DNA of 64,000 nucleotides from an uncultured Methylovirgula sp. Lineage in GTDB: Bacteria > Pseudomonadota > Alphaproteobacteria > Rhizobiales > Beijerinckiaceae. The stretch covers positions 25,816 through 89,815 of the forward strand of contig CAZXXA010000011.1 in the NCBI GenBank assembly GCA_964644615.1, in the 5' to 3' direction. Positions 8,217-17,283 of the stretch are shown here, piece by piece (position 1 is the stretch's first letter; each line of letters begins with the position of its first letter). Under the pieces are notes generated by a model. That model was not told the origin of the DNA. It made no database searches and was given only the letters and a program-made list of their open reading frames with translations. The position numbers and the translations under genes are program-made.

Positions 8217-9110
8217 TTAATAAGGCGATCCCGGCGCCGTCGGCCCGCTTGGCTTTACGGCGGGATTTTGCCGATCCGGTGACGTGGCCTCAGGATGCAG
8301 ATTTAAAGGGGGGCATGGTTTTGCCGGCGTGTCGGCATGCGGGTCCAGTGCTTTATCTTGCGCGCCGGCAGCGGCTCGCATCTGATCTGCGGGCGCCGCA
8401 TCGCAATTGGAATTGGATTTCGCCAAGGGCTCGGCGCGATGTGTGCCCACCGGGGCTGGCTGGCTGATCGCTGCGCCGGTCGGCGCCGCGGGCTGAGATG
8501 CGGCGGCGGGCGGTGGCGGCGCGCTTTGCGGCGAGGTGTTGACACTGGTCGGCGCTGGGCCGGCCGAATGCCAGAGTTGCACGCCCCCGACGACGACGAC
8601 GAGCAAAGTCGCCGCCATGGCGGCATAGATGCCCCAGTTGAAGCGGTCATTGCCAGCTACTGGCCTCCCGACCCGTATCGGCGCCGGATCCGGCAGCGGC
8701 GCTGCGGCGGCTGCCGCGACCGGTTCTGTCACCGCATTCGGCGCAAAAGCCGCCATCGCTTCGGCCATCAGCGCTGGCGAACCCTGTTGCGATTGCGCTG
8801 GCAGGCCATCGAGAAAGGCCGCAGCGGATTCGAGCGCCGCGCGCGCATCCGAGTCATGCGCCAGTAATCCGATCAGGCGCTCGCGGTCTTCGTCCGACAG
8901 GCGCGCATCGAGATAGGCGGCTAGCTCGTTCGACATCTGCGCATTGGACAACGTCGGCTCGGCAGCACCGAGCGCCAGCGCATCTGCTGCATCGGCAATA
9001 AGACGCGCGCGCAAAATCGCATGGGCGTCGCTGTCGGACGGTACATCGCCGGTCCTGTCCTCCAGTGCCTGAAGCAGCCGCTCAATCGCCATCTGCACGC
9101 TTTCCGTCAT
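8217..9110 (-). CDS. Putative membrane-anchored anti-sigma factor
   Basis: ATG 8 nt after the sigma stop; LAAYLDARLSDEDRERLIGLL anti-sigma-type helix; TM WGIYAAMAATLLVVVVGGVQLW; Pro/Ala-rich tail. Confidence 0.6.
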   Translation of the reverse strand: MTESVQMAIERLLQALEDRTGDVPSDSDAHAILRARLIADAADALALGAAEPTLSNAQMSNELAAYLDARLSDEDRERLIGLLAHDSDARAALESAAAFLDGLPAQSQQGSPALMAEAMAAFAPNAVTEPVAAAAAAPLPDPAPIRVGRPVAGNDRFNWGIYAAMAATLLVVVVGGVQLWHSAGPAPTSVNTSPQSAPPPPAAASQPAAPTGAAISQPAPVGTHRAEPLAKSNSNCDAAPADQMRAAAGAQDKALDPHADTPAKPCPPLNLHPEATSPDRQNPAVKPSGPTAPGSPY

Positions 9111-9118
9111 GAGCCATC

Positions 9119-10318
9119 TTACTTCGTGAGCGACAATTGTGAATCGCCGTTCTCGTGCGCTTCGCGCATCGCAACGAACCAGCGCTGGATCTTCTTCTTC
9201 AGACGGTCGACATCCTCGACTGGACAATGCATCAGCTCGGCAATTTTCCGGCGCGGCATGGGCTCGGCGCCAAAGGCCAGTTGTAGATACAGGCGCTCTT
9301 CATCCGAGAGCGCCGCAGCGCCGGCCCTGATCCGGGCAATCAGCGTCTCCCGCGTCGTCTCTTCCTCCGCGAGAAGCAGCTGCTCCTCCGGCGTCAGCGC
9401 ATAAGATTGGGCAAATTCGCCTTCGATCGCGGCCGGCGCGCCGTCGAGCGAAACGATCTTCGGCTTGGCCGGCGGTGCCGCATGTAACGTCGGCGTTGCC
9501 TCGGTCACCCGCACCAGAGCTGCGCGCAGATCTGGCTCGGAGGGTGCATCCGTCAGGCGGCTCCGCAAAAGATCGGTGAGCCGCGGGATTTCCAACGGGC
9601 AGCCGTCCCAGACCACGGCTTTGTAGATTTCCTGCTCGAGCGGCGGCATACGTTCGATCGCGGCCGGCAGACGGCGGCGCGGAATGTCACGGCGGAGTTC
9701 ATCGGCCAGAAGATTTTTGACGACTTTTAGAACGAAGCCGACGAAACTGCCCTTGCCGCCATATTCGCGCAGCCGTCGGCAATTGCTTTCGACGAGCTTT
9801 ACACAAATGTCTTGATAGATGTCGTCCCATCGCCCCGTCCCCCCATCGAAGGGAAAGCGCTTGGCAATTCGGATCTGTATGTCTTGATCGAAAATGCGCT
9901 TGAACCGGGCCCAGCCGTTTTCCGGATCGGCGAGCAACCGGTCGACAGCGCGGCGGGCCAGCAACTCGCGCGCCAACAGCGCGAGAAAGGAGCCGAGCGA
10001 GGCGCGCCCGTCGAAGGCCTGCAGCCGCTGGTAGTTTTCCTCTTTGAGCTCCGTCAGGACATAGAAAAGCGCTGCATGCTGCTCGTCCTGCTGCGGCGCC
10101 ATTTTGGCGATGGCAGCAGTCAGCGGCGGGATGGCGCGATGCAGAAAGGCGGCGGCCGCCGATGCGTCCCCCGCGACCAGCCGGCCGATCAGCGCGTGAT
10201 CCGCGGCGGGTTCATGCGCGGGAATGGCGGCATGGCGCGACGGTACGACGAACTTAACCAGCGCATGATTGCTATCCTGCGCTGTGGCCCCAGGTCCCAA
10301 AGTTGAATCGCTTTTCAA
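9119..10318 (-). CDS. Sigma-70 family (ECF-like) sigma factor with duplicated region 2
   Basis: Two sigma2-like units (RLQAFDGRASLGSFL and DDIYQDICVKL..RLREYGGKGSFVGFV..NLLADELRR); SLD..TPEE linker; sigma4 LSDEERLYLQL..PRRKIAELM; start codon uncertain. Confidence 0.8.
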   Translation of the reverse strand: MKSDSTLGPGATAQDSNHALVKFVVPSRHAAIPAHEPAADHALIGRLVAGDASAAAAFLHRAIPPLTAAIAKMAPQQDEQHAALFYVLTELKEENYQRLQAFDGRASLGSFLALLARELLARRAVDRLLADPENGWARFKRIFDQDIQIRIAKRFPFDGGTGRWDDIYQDICVKLVESNCRRLREYGGKGSFVGFVLKVVKNLLADELRRDIPRRRLPAAIERMPPLEQEIYKAVVWDGCPLEIPRLTDLLRSRLTDAPSEPDLRAALVRVTEATPTLHAAPPAKPKIVSLDGAPAAIEGEFAQSYALTPEEQLLLAEEETTRETLIARIRAGAAALSDEERLYLQLAFGAEPMPRRKIAELMHCPVEDVDRLKKKIQRWFVAMREAHENGDSQLSLTK

Positions 10319-10483
10319 AACTTGGCCCCGAAACGCTCCGTCCGCCCGTCCGACGCGAAGAGTTAAAGGAATCCCAGCTTCTCTGTCCAGAAAATTGGCC
10401 GATTTGAAGGTTTTGCCAATTTGCGGTCCTGGCCGCTTTTATAATGGTTTGGCTCGAAGAGCGGACGGCGACCAGCAAGCCGG

Positions 10484-12904
10484 TTAGATTGCAATCCTCA
10501 TATAGCGCTTCATATCGGCATCGGGCCGTGGCGCGCCGCGCCGTGACGGGCCCGGATCGACGGCCGGCGGAATCGTGTCGGCATCGCTCCAGAACATGTC
10601 GAGTTCCGCGAGCTTTCCCGTCAGAGACTCGGCTTCACCATGCGTAAAGACACAAAGCATATCGGCGCGCCGCGCCAGATAGGCGTTGACGCTTCGTGAG
10701 CCCTCTTCGATCACCGCCGGATCGCGAAAGGCCGCATCATTCGAATGACCACGCGCGCCGATCCGGACGACTTCGACATAGCTGAAGGCATTGAACAGCT
10801 CGCGGCGCGCCGCAAGCGCTTTGTGGATCTCATGTTCCGCTGTCTTCGCGTCTATATACACGGACTTGAGGTGGCTCACATAAGGCACGCCTTCAAGCGC
10901 GATGAGGCGAAGGTCGACATCCTCAGCGAACGTGCTCCAGCGCGATTTGCGCTTCACCCTTTGCTTGAACAAAGAAGCGAAAGCTTCGACCAGCTTGAAC
11001 TCGCCTGCCGCCAGGGACGCGACAATCGTAATCACATATTGCGCGGAGAGATCGGCGAGCGGCAGCACCAGAAGCCGGCCGATCTCGTTTTGGGCGGCTA
11101 CGCTCAGTGCCGAATTGCGACCGTCTTCGGCGGCGAAGCCGACGACGAACTCCGGCTTGAACCGCCTGCCCTTTTCGCGGGCCGATTCCTTGATGATCGT
11201 CGAGATCAGCGCAATCTGTTTGCGGTCCTTCTCCTGATCTTTCAAACTGACAGAATCGAATGGCACGAGATCATTGTGCAAGCGCAGATCATCGTCGCGC
11301 GCCGGTGAATAGCGCCAGCCTTCCATCACTCGGTCGGCGATCCAACGCTCATGTTCGATGCGCTCAAGCCCTTCCGTCCGGCTGCCCTCCGCCGTCCATT
11401 GCGTTTGCCAGCCTTTGTCGACGGCCAGAAAACTGTCGGAGAATTGGCGTTCCGTAGCAAGGCCCAGCGACCATAATTTGGCGGGGATATGATCCGCGGC
11501 ATGCCGGTCGGCCCGGCGGTACGTCTCGGGCAAGGCAACCCAGGAAACATTGGCGGCTTGGCTCTCGTTTGCGAGTTCGCGGAACGCCGCATGCAAGCGT
11601 TTGGCAAGGCGGTCGCGTTCGCCTTCGCCGAGAATATCGACAGCGAGCGCTTCGCGGCTGAGACCGATCGGAATGATGGAATCGAGTGGATCGACGACGC
11701 GATCCTTGTCGGCAAGATTGAAAAGCGCCCCGCTGCCCTCCGGGTCTTGGAGCGGCATGAAGATCGGCGCGAAGCAGCGGCCGCTGCGCCGGCGCATCGC
11801 GCGCAAGGCCAGAGCCGCAGCAACATTGTCGGCATCTTTCTCAAAACAGAGTGCAATTGCCGTCACCGGCGCGTTCTCGTCACGGCCGAAAAGCACCTCC
11901 CGTTGAACGGTGCCCGCAGCGTCGAGCGGCACGGCAAGCATGTCGCACTGGACGAAGACAATGTCGACCGCCATGTCATATTGCGGCTTTTCGCGCGCGA
12001 AAGCATCGGCCTCGGCCTCGGCGTTTCGGTCGATCACCGTGACGAAGGGCTGCTCCAAAGTGCCGGCAATCGAATCTTGCACCGCCTCTTCGAGAAGCAC
12101 ACGGCCGAGCCGGCCGAAACCGATGATGACCAGATGGACGCGCGCCACGCCTTGCCGATCAGCAGAGGCATAAAGCGGATGCCGCGCCAGCGTATCGCGC
12201 ACCGACAAGCGTGCCTCGTCGTAGATCAAAATGTCGCGCTGAACGCCAAGCAGATCGCCGAATTCATCGGCTATGTCATTCGAATCGATATTGCAGGAGA
12301 TCGGCGGCGCCTTGTCGCCATAGGCCTGCCGGATCGCCCGCACGAGTGCCATATTGCTGGACAGATCGCCCGTATCGATGACGATGCGCTTCGCCTTCGC
12401 CAATCCGACGGGCCGCGCGATATTGGTGAAATTCAGCGGCAGAGTGACCCGCGACCGGCTTGGCGGCAGCTCGCTGTCGTCGGCGACGACATGGGTGGCC
12501 TTGCGCTTCATCGAAGCGAGATAGCCAACCACCTCTCGCGCCGTCGGCGTATCGCCGATAACGACCATATGATCGCGGCGGCGGCTCAAGGCGATCGCGC
12601 GGATCTCCTGCGAGAATAGTGCCCAAACCGCGAGCAGGATCGCGCTCAGCATGATCAGCCGGGCGAGGATCGAGCCGACGATCAGGATGGCGCCTTCGTT
12701 CTTGCCGATGAACCAGCCATCGGCAGTGAAGGCCATAAACAAGAAGGGAATGCGCTCGAACCACGGTACGGGGTGGTGATCGATTTCGATCGGTTCGGTA
12801 ATGAGCCCGATGATGACCAGGACGGCCGCAACGATGCCGCCAAGCAAAAGCAGCTTGAATTTGACGCTTAAACGCCTCGATGAATTTGCTGAGGCATCCG
12901 GCAT
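10484..12904 (-). CDS. Channel-like membrane protein: 2 TM, tandem RCK/TrkA-N, RyR repeats, SLOG-like C-terminus
   Basis: Two hydrophobic helices around FMAFTADG; HMVVIGD and HLVIIGFGRLG Rossmann motifs; RyR motifs SWVALPETYRRADRHAADHI and EHERWIADRVMEGWRYSPARDDDLRLHNDLVPFD. Confidence 0.8.
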   Translation of the reverse strand: MPDASANSSRRLSVKFKLLLLGGIVAAVLVIIGLITEPIEIDHHPVPWFERIPFLFMAFTADGWFIGKNEGAILIVGSILARLIMLSAILLAVWALFSQEIRAIALSRRRDHMVVIGDTPTAREVVGYLASMKRKATHVVADDSELPPSRSRVTLPLNFTNIARPVGLAKAKRIVIDTGDLSSNMALVRAIRQAYGDKAPPISCNIDSNDIADEFGDLLGVQRDILIYDEARLSVRDTLARHPLYASADRQGVARVHLVIIGFGRLGRVLLEEAVQDSIAGTLEQPFVTVIDRNAEAEADAFAREKPQYDMAVDIVFVQCDMLAVPLDAAGTVQREVLFGRDENAPVTAIALCFEKDADNVAAALALRAMRRRSGRCFAPIFMPLQDPEGSGALFNLADKDRVVDPLDSIIPIGLSREALAVDILGEGERDRLAKRLHAAFRELANESQAANVSWVALPETYRRADRHAADHIPAKLWSLGLATERQFSDSFLAVDKGWQTQWTAEGSRTEGLERIEHERWIADRVMEGWRYSPARDDDLRLHNDLVPFDSVSLKDQEKDRKQIALISTIIKESAREKGRRFKPEFVVGFAAEDGRNSALSVAAQNEIGRLLVLPLADLSAQYVITIVASLAAGEFKLVEAFASLFKQRVKRKSRWSTFAEDVDLRLIALEGVPYVSHLKSVYIDAKTAEHEIHKALAARRELFNAFSYVEVVRIGARGHSNDAAFRDPAVIEEGSRSVNAYLARRADMLCVFTHGEAESLTGKLAELDMFWSDADTIPPAVDPGPSRRGAPRPDADMKRYMRIAI

Positions 12905-13303
12905 AGGCGGCTCCAGAATAATTGCTGGAAGCCACAGATTTTTGGGCGAGTCAATCAGACTTCGCCCACCGCAGGTTGCGGATCAGGGCAGCAGGCCCTC
13001 TGGAGGAGCGAGATCAGCAGGGCGATCCATTCTGCGCGAGCAGCGCGCATTATTTGTGTCGGCACAAGCGACATCCGAAACGATGATGAGATCGGCCTTT
13101 TTCCGCCGATTGGGCTTTGACCGAGGCAACCGCCCGCCGGAGCCATTCGGCCCGCCGATGTGTTGCGATGATGACGGAACATCGGGCTCGTGGGCAGCCC
13201 GTTAATCGAAGATGGCCCAGGGTCAGGAGCGCAAGCTTGTCCGAGGCGGGATTGGGCGGCCAAGGCCTGACGCCTCGGCCTGTGTAAAAGAGGGGATGTG
13301 GTC

Positions 13304-13966
13304 CTATTTGACGAAGTTCAGTCGCGTGACCATCTGCACGAGCTCGGTCTGGCGGCAAAGACCCAATTTCTGGAAAATTCGCTTGAGATGGGCGCGCACC
13401 GTGGCGATCTTGACGTCGAGACGCGCGGACACTTCCCGCGGACTGAAGCCTGCCCCGAGCAAGACCGCGACTTCCGCCTCGGCGCGGGTCAGTCCCAGAG
13501 AGCGCAGGCTCTCATTCGATGCTTCGGAGAGATGCGGCTCGGCCAGAAAGACGAAGACGAGCACCAGCGATGCGCCCCGCTCCGCCCTGTCGCGAGCAAG
13601 CGGCTGTGTACGCAGGATCAATGGCCGCTCGCCGCTCGGACGCGGCAGGGCCATATTGCGGACTTCGCCGTCGCGCCGTGCCGCATCAAGCATCGCGTCG
13701 AGCGTCCCCTGCGTGGACGGCAGGCTCGTCCGCAGCCGGTGGCGGGTGACGGTGAGCCCATCGCCGAGCAGACATCGCGCCGCATCGTTCAATGCGGCGA
13801 TCTCCTTATCGGCATCGACAATGATCACGCCGCAGTCGAAATGCTCCAGTAGGGCGGTCAAATCCGCGCTGACCGGCGGATAGTTTCGGGCGGACGGCGG
13901 CGCTGCCGCGGCTTGGAGGGACAGGGTTTCGAAGGCGGTTATCATCGGCGGCATCCTCTGAAGCAA
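13304..13966 (-). CDS. PAS-like plus LuxR-type HTH transcriptional regulator
   Basis: LLEHFDCGVIIVDA..LNDAA; LTRAEAEVAVLLGAG..REVSARLDVKIATVRAHLKRIFQKLG..RQTELV; real start may be 13945 or 13954. Confidence 0.85.
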   Translation of the reverse strand: MLQRMPPMITAFETLSLQAAAAPPSARNYPPVSADLTALLEHFDCGVIIVDADKEIAALNDAARCLLGDGLTVTRHRLRTSLPSTQGTLDAMLDAARRDGEVRNMALPRPSGERPLILRTQPLARDRAERGASLVLVFVFLAEPHLSEASNESLRSLGLTRAEAEVAVLLGAGFSPREVSARLDVKIATVRAHLKRIFQKLGLCRQTELVQMVTRLNFVK

Positions 13967-14087
13967 TCGCTTTTAAAGCGATGATCGGTGGCCGCCGCAG
14001 GCACATCGTGCCCCAGCGCCCCGCAGCTTCAGACGGACGTGGCCGAGATTTCTATGGATTAAACTTATTTAAGAATGGCAGCGGCGC

Positions 14088-14552
14088 TCAATTCGCCGAG
14101 GCGCTTGGAACCCTGCCGATTTCCGCGACCCGCGCTTCCCGGTCGGCCATCAATATGTTCACGCACTCCAGGATTCGGTCGATCTTCTTGACCTCCAGGG
14201 ACGAGAGATTGGTCATCAAAGTCTCGATCTCTTCCTTGGCGGCGAGATTGCACTCGTAGTCGTGCTGTGCCTGAATCCGGTCCCGTTCGCCCTGCCGGTT
14301 CTGGCTCATCATAATGATCGGGCTCGCATAGGCGGCCTGGAACGACAGCACGAGGTTGAGCAGGATGAACGGATAAGGATCCCAGTGCTGGACATAAGCA
14401 ACGAGGTTCAGGGCGACCCAGATCGCCAGAATGACGCTCTGGATCAGAATGAAGGCCCAGCTGCCCACGACTTGCGCGAAGCCATCAGCGAGCCGTGCCC
14501 CGAGGCTCAATTGTTCGTCATGATGTTCATGCCAATTCCGCTTTGGTCGCAT
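14088..14552 (-). CDS. DUF1003 family membrane protein
   Basis: GARLADGFAQVVGSWAF, WDPYPFILLNLVLSFQAAYASPIIMMSQNRQ. Confidence 0.9.
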   Translation of the reverse strand: MRPKRNWHEHHDEQLSLGARLADGFAQVVGSWAFILIQSVILAIWVALNLVAYVQHWDPYPFILLNLVLSFQAAYASPIIMMSQNRQGERDRIQAQHDYECNLAAKEEIETLMTNLSSLEVKKIDRILECVNILMADREARVAEIGRVPSASAN

Positions 14553-14851
14553 ACCCGTCCCTCCTCAGGTGATCGAGCTTAGATCACATGTTTGAAGGGT
14601 GGCAGCAAGCCCGAGACCGGGGGTGGAGAGATGCGGAAATGCAGCAGCCCTTGCGTGGCCAAAAGCGCTTCCGAGCCCAAGCGATCGTCCTTGCCTTAAA
14701 CGAGATGCACCCGTCCGGCCGGATTCCGGGTGGATTCGGTCAGAACGACGATACGATTGGAGATTGGCGCTTTCTAGCGGCCGCCGAAGCGAATCACCAG
14801 CTCAGCGACGGGCCGCGAATGGGAGAGGCCAGCATCGGAAAACATGGGATT

Positions 14852-15085
14852 TCATTTCATATTATTGATGAGCAGCCAGGCGCCAACCACCAACGCCAGA
14901 ATCACTGCGGCCCCGAGCGCGACGGCCAAGGGATTATGGCCCTCGTCCTCATTGTCGGTCTCGGTGGCGGTTGAGGGCTTGGGCTTTTTGCTCTGAGCAG
15001 CCGCGCGCACCTCAGCCAACGATGTAACGCTGCCAATCCCTCCTTCGGCTGGTTTTGGCGGCTGGTCTTGCGGGCTTTCGGACAT
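14852..15085 (-). CDS. Small single-TM hypothetical protein
   Basis: Polar N-terminus followed by TM PLAVALGAAVILALVVGAWLLI. Confidence 0.55.
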   Translation of the reverse strand: MSESPQDQPPKPAEGGIGSVTSLAEVRAAAQSKKPKPSTATETDNEDEGHNPLAVALGAAVILALVVGAWLLINNMK

Positions 15086-15185
15086 TCGCCTTGGCTAGCC
15101 GGAAGCTGCGGGCCGCGCAAATCGGAACTCTGTGATTCGTCGCGCGGCCCGCTTTACGACTTTGAACAGGCCTCAGAATAAGGCC

Positions 15186-15359
15186 TCAAAACAACGCTTC
15201 CCCTGCCATGATCGCCAGAACGATGAAGAGCAGGAAAATCGCGAGCGTGATTCCAAAGAGCACTTTGGCGATTATCGCCGCGCCGGCCGCAATACCGCTG
15301 AAGCCGAGAATACCGGCGACAATCGAAATTAACAGAAAGATCAACGCCCATTTCAGCAT
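15186..15359 (-). CDS. DUF1328 (UPF0391) small membrane protein
   Basis: [35 protein letters not shown]; GGAGG RBS upstream. Confidence 0.9.
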   Translation of the reverse strand: MLKWALIFLLISIVAGILGFSGIAAGAAIIAKVLFGITLAIFLLFIVLAIMAGEALF

Positions 15360-15752
15360 CGGTTTTGCCTCCACAGATGGGTTCGTGGGTTGAACGAGCT
15401 TGGGCGGATAGCGTTCCAATGGGGTCAATTTTACCGCGTGAGATGTTCGCCGGCATAAAGAGCAAAAACCGAACGCAAACTTAGGCTTGAGGACGCAAAT
15501 GCGGATTTGCCTTGAGGCGGTCCTTGGATCACGCTGGGCAATTCCGTTCGCCACAATTCAAAAGCCCGTGTGTCGTATCAAATTCCACGAATGGCACGAT
15601 GTATTTGCAAATGAATTTTTCAATCGACAGATCGCTCCGCTTTGTACCAACCTTGATGCATGCCTGTGAATTGATGCCACCCATGCGGACGCGGGGCCAC
15701 TTCAAATGATAGGCTCACCGGGAAGCGATCTGCTGGCTTGGGGGGAATTGTC

Positions 15753-16244
15753 ATGAAACGCCGTGGAATTGGATATCGACCTGCTCTCATCGTGCTGACG
15801 GCCGTCTTTGGCCTCGGCCCTTGTTTCGCGGCGCACGCCTTCGAAGTGACCGAGCAGCAGCGTGAAGCCTGCGAGCCGGACGCCTTTCGTCTGTGCTCGA
15901 ATGAAATCCCCGACATCCCGCGGGTAACGGCTTGCATGACAGCCAACAAGGCCCGTTTGAGCGCCCCTTGCCGCGCGGTCTTCAATTCGATGGCCAATGC
16001 CAATGCACCGACGCGGCAAGCACATGTCGAACGTCATGCCCGCGTCGAACGCGAAGCGCGTGCCGAACATAGAGCGCGCGTGAGGGAAGAAGAGGCTGAG
16101 TGGCACCACAAGAAACACAATAAGGAAGCTGCGCGGCACCACAGGGAAGACTACGAGGGAGCGACCTGGCACCATCGGGTACACCATAAGGAAGTGGTCG
16201 CAGGACGTTATCGGCACCACTACTACGCCGACTACGATCGGTAA
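15753..16244 (+). CDS. Secreted Cys-motif protein with His/Arg/Glu-rich tail
   Basis: Signal peptide; ACEPDAFRLC..VTACM..LSAPCRAVF four-Cys motif common in Rhizobiales small secreted proteins; tail rich in H, R, E. Confidence 0.75.
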   Translation: MKRRGIGYRPALIVLTAVFGLGPCFAAHAFEVTEQQREACEPDAFRLCSNEIPDIPRVTACMTANKARLSAPCRAVFNSMANANAPTRQAHVERHARVEREARAEHRARVREEEAEWHHKKHNKEAARHHREDYEGATWHHRVHHKEVVAGRYRHHYYADYDR

Positions 16245-16270
16245 AAACACGAGCGACGCATCTGATACAC

Positions 16271-16309
16271 AGCGGCGGATTTCGCGAAGCGGAATCCGCC
16301 GCTTTTTTT
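16271..16309 (+). terminator. Rho-independent terminator
   Basis: GCGGCGGATT..AATCCGCCGC stem followed by T7, 27 nt after the stop at 16244. Confidence 0.85.
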
Positions 16310-16646
16310 GCATCGCTTCTCGCATGAGAACTTTCGTTCAGCCGTCGAGGAAGGCCGCAAATTTGCGGAGGCTGCATGCCGCTCCGGAAAGCAGCCGATC
16401 GACTTCGCGCCCGCAGCCAGCTCAACGGGCCGCGCCCAAACGCATCTCAATTCTGTGCATAGGAAGTCGCGAGTACGCACCGTCCCGGCCGACTCGCAAC
16501 GGCATTGGCGGGCGCGACCGTCAGCTGGCAGAACAATAATCTCTGACGCGTCTTTCGTTGACGAGCGACAGCGAGTATCGTTCAACAAAGCTAACCTGCC
16601 GCCTCAACTTCCTAACTTCTCCACGCCGCTTTCATCAGGTCGACGA

Positions 16647-17024
16647 ATGGCGAACAACCTCATTCCCGACGATGTGGAAGATTTCATAGCCCGACATGTC
16701 GACTCGATTGCGCAACTCGAAGCTCTGCTCATCCTGAGAGCATTTTCCGACAAACAATGGGATGTTAGGGAAATATCCAAGCGGCTTTACATCAGCCAAA
16801 CGGATACGCTCGTCGTCTTGTCGCGCCTCTCAGCCGATGGATTTGTTGTGGCCGTTGGCGATAACTATCGCTACGCCTGCGACAATGAAAAAGCGCGCCA
16901 AACGATCGAGCGTCTGGCACAGGCCTATTCCAAACATTTAATCCCAGTAACGAATATGATCCACGCGAAGCCGAGCAAGATTCGGGAATTCTCCGACGCC
17001 TTCAAAATTAGAAGGGACCCGTGA
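16647..17024 (+). CDS. Hypothetical protein, probable winged helix, partner of the DUF5985 pair
   Basis: IPDDVEDFIARHVDSIAQLEALLIL..VTNMIHAKPSKIREFSDAFKIR; stop 1 nt before the next ATG. Confidence 0.7.
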   Translation: MANNLIPDDVEDFIARHVDSIAQLEALLILRAFSDKQWDVREISKRLYISQTDTLVVLSRLSADGFVVAVGDNYRYACDNEKARQTIERLAQAYSKHLIPVTNMIHAKPSKIREFSDAFKIRRDP

Positions 17025-17025
17025 G

Positions 17026-17283
17026 ATGGCAGCAATCATCTATAGCCTGTGCGCGATAGCCGCCCTCTTATGTACGATCCTGCTTTTTCGTGCTTACCGC
17101 CGCAGCCGCTCAAGACTGCTGCTGTGGAGCACGATCGGGTTCGCAGGTCTCACCATCAACAATCTCGCCGTCGTGATTGACGAGATCATGCTGCCATTTG
17201 TCGACCTGTCCGTGCTGCGGAACGTAATCGCCCTGATTTCAATGATGATTTTGCTATGGGGATTGATCTGGGAGGCTCAATGA
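17026..17283 (+). CDS. DUF5985 family membrane protein
   Basis: MAAIIYSLCAIAALLCTILLFRAYRRSRSRLLLWS; three TM segments. Confidence 0.75.
   Translation: MAAIIYSLCAIAALLCTILLFRAYRRSRSRLLLWSTIGFAGLTINNLAVVIDEIMLPFVDLSVLRNVIALISMMILLWGLIWEAQ

Noticed and set aside
12905-13303. Small overlapping ORFs between the RyR gene and the LuxR gene
   Set aside because: No RBS, motif or composition support; treated as intergenic.
14770-14854. Possible premature TGA in the small TM gene, with read-through NPMFSDAGLSHSR
   Set aside because: Cannot be supported without a homologue alignment.
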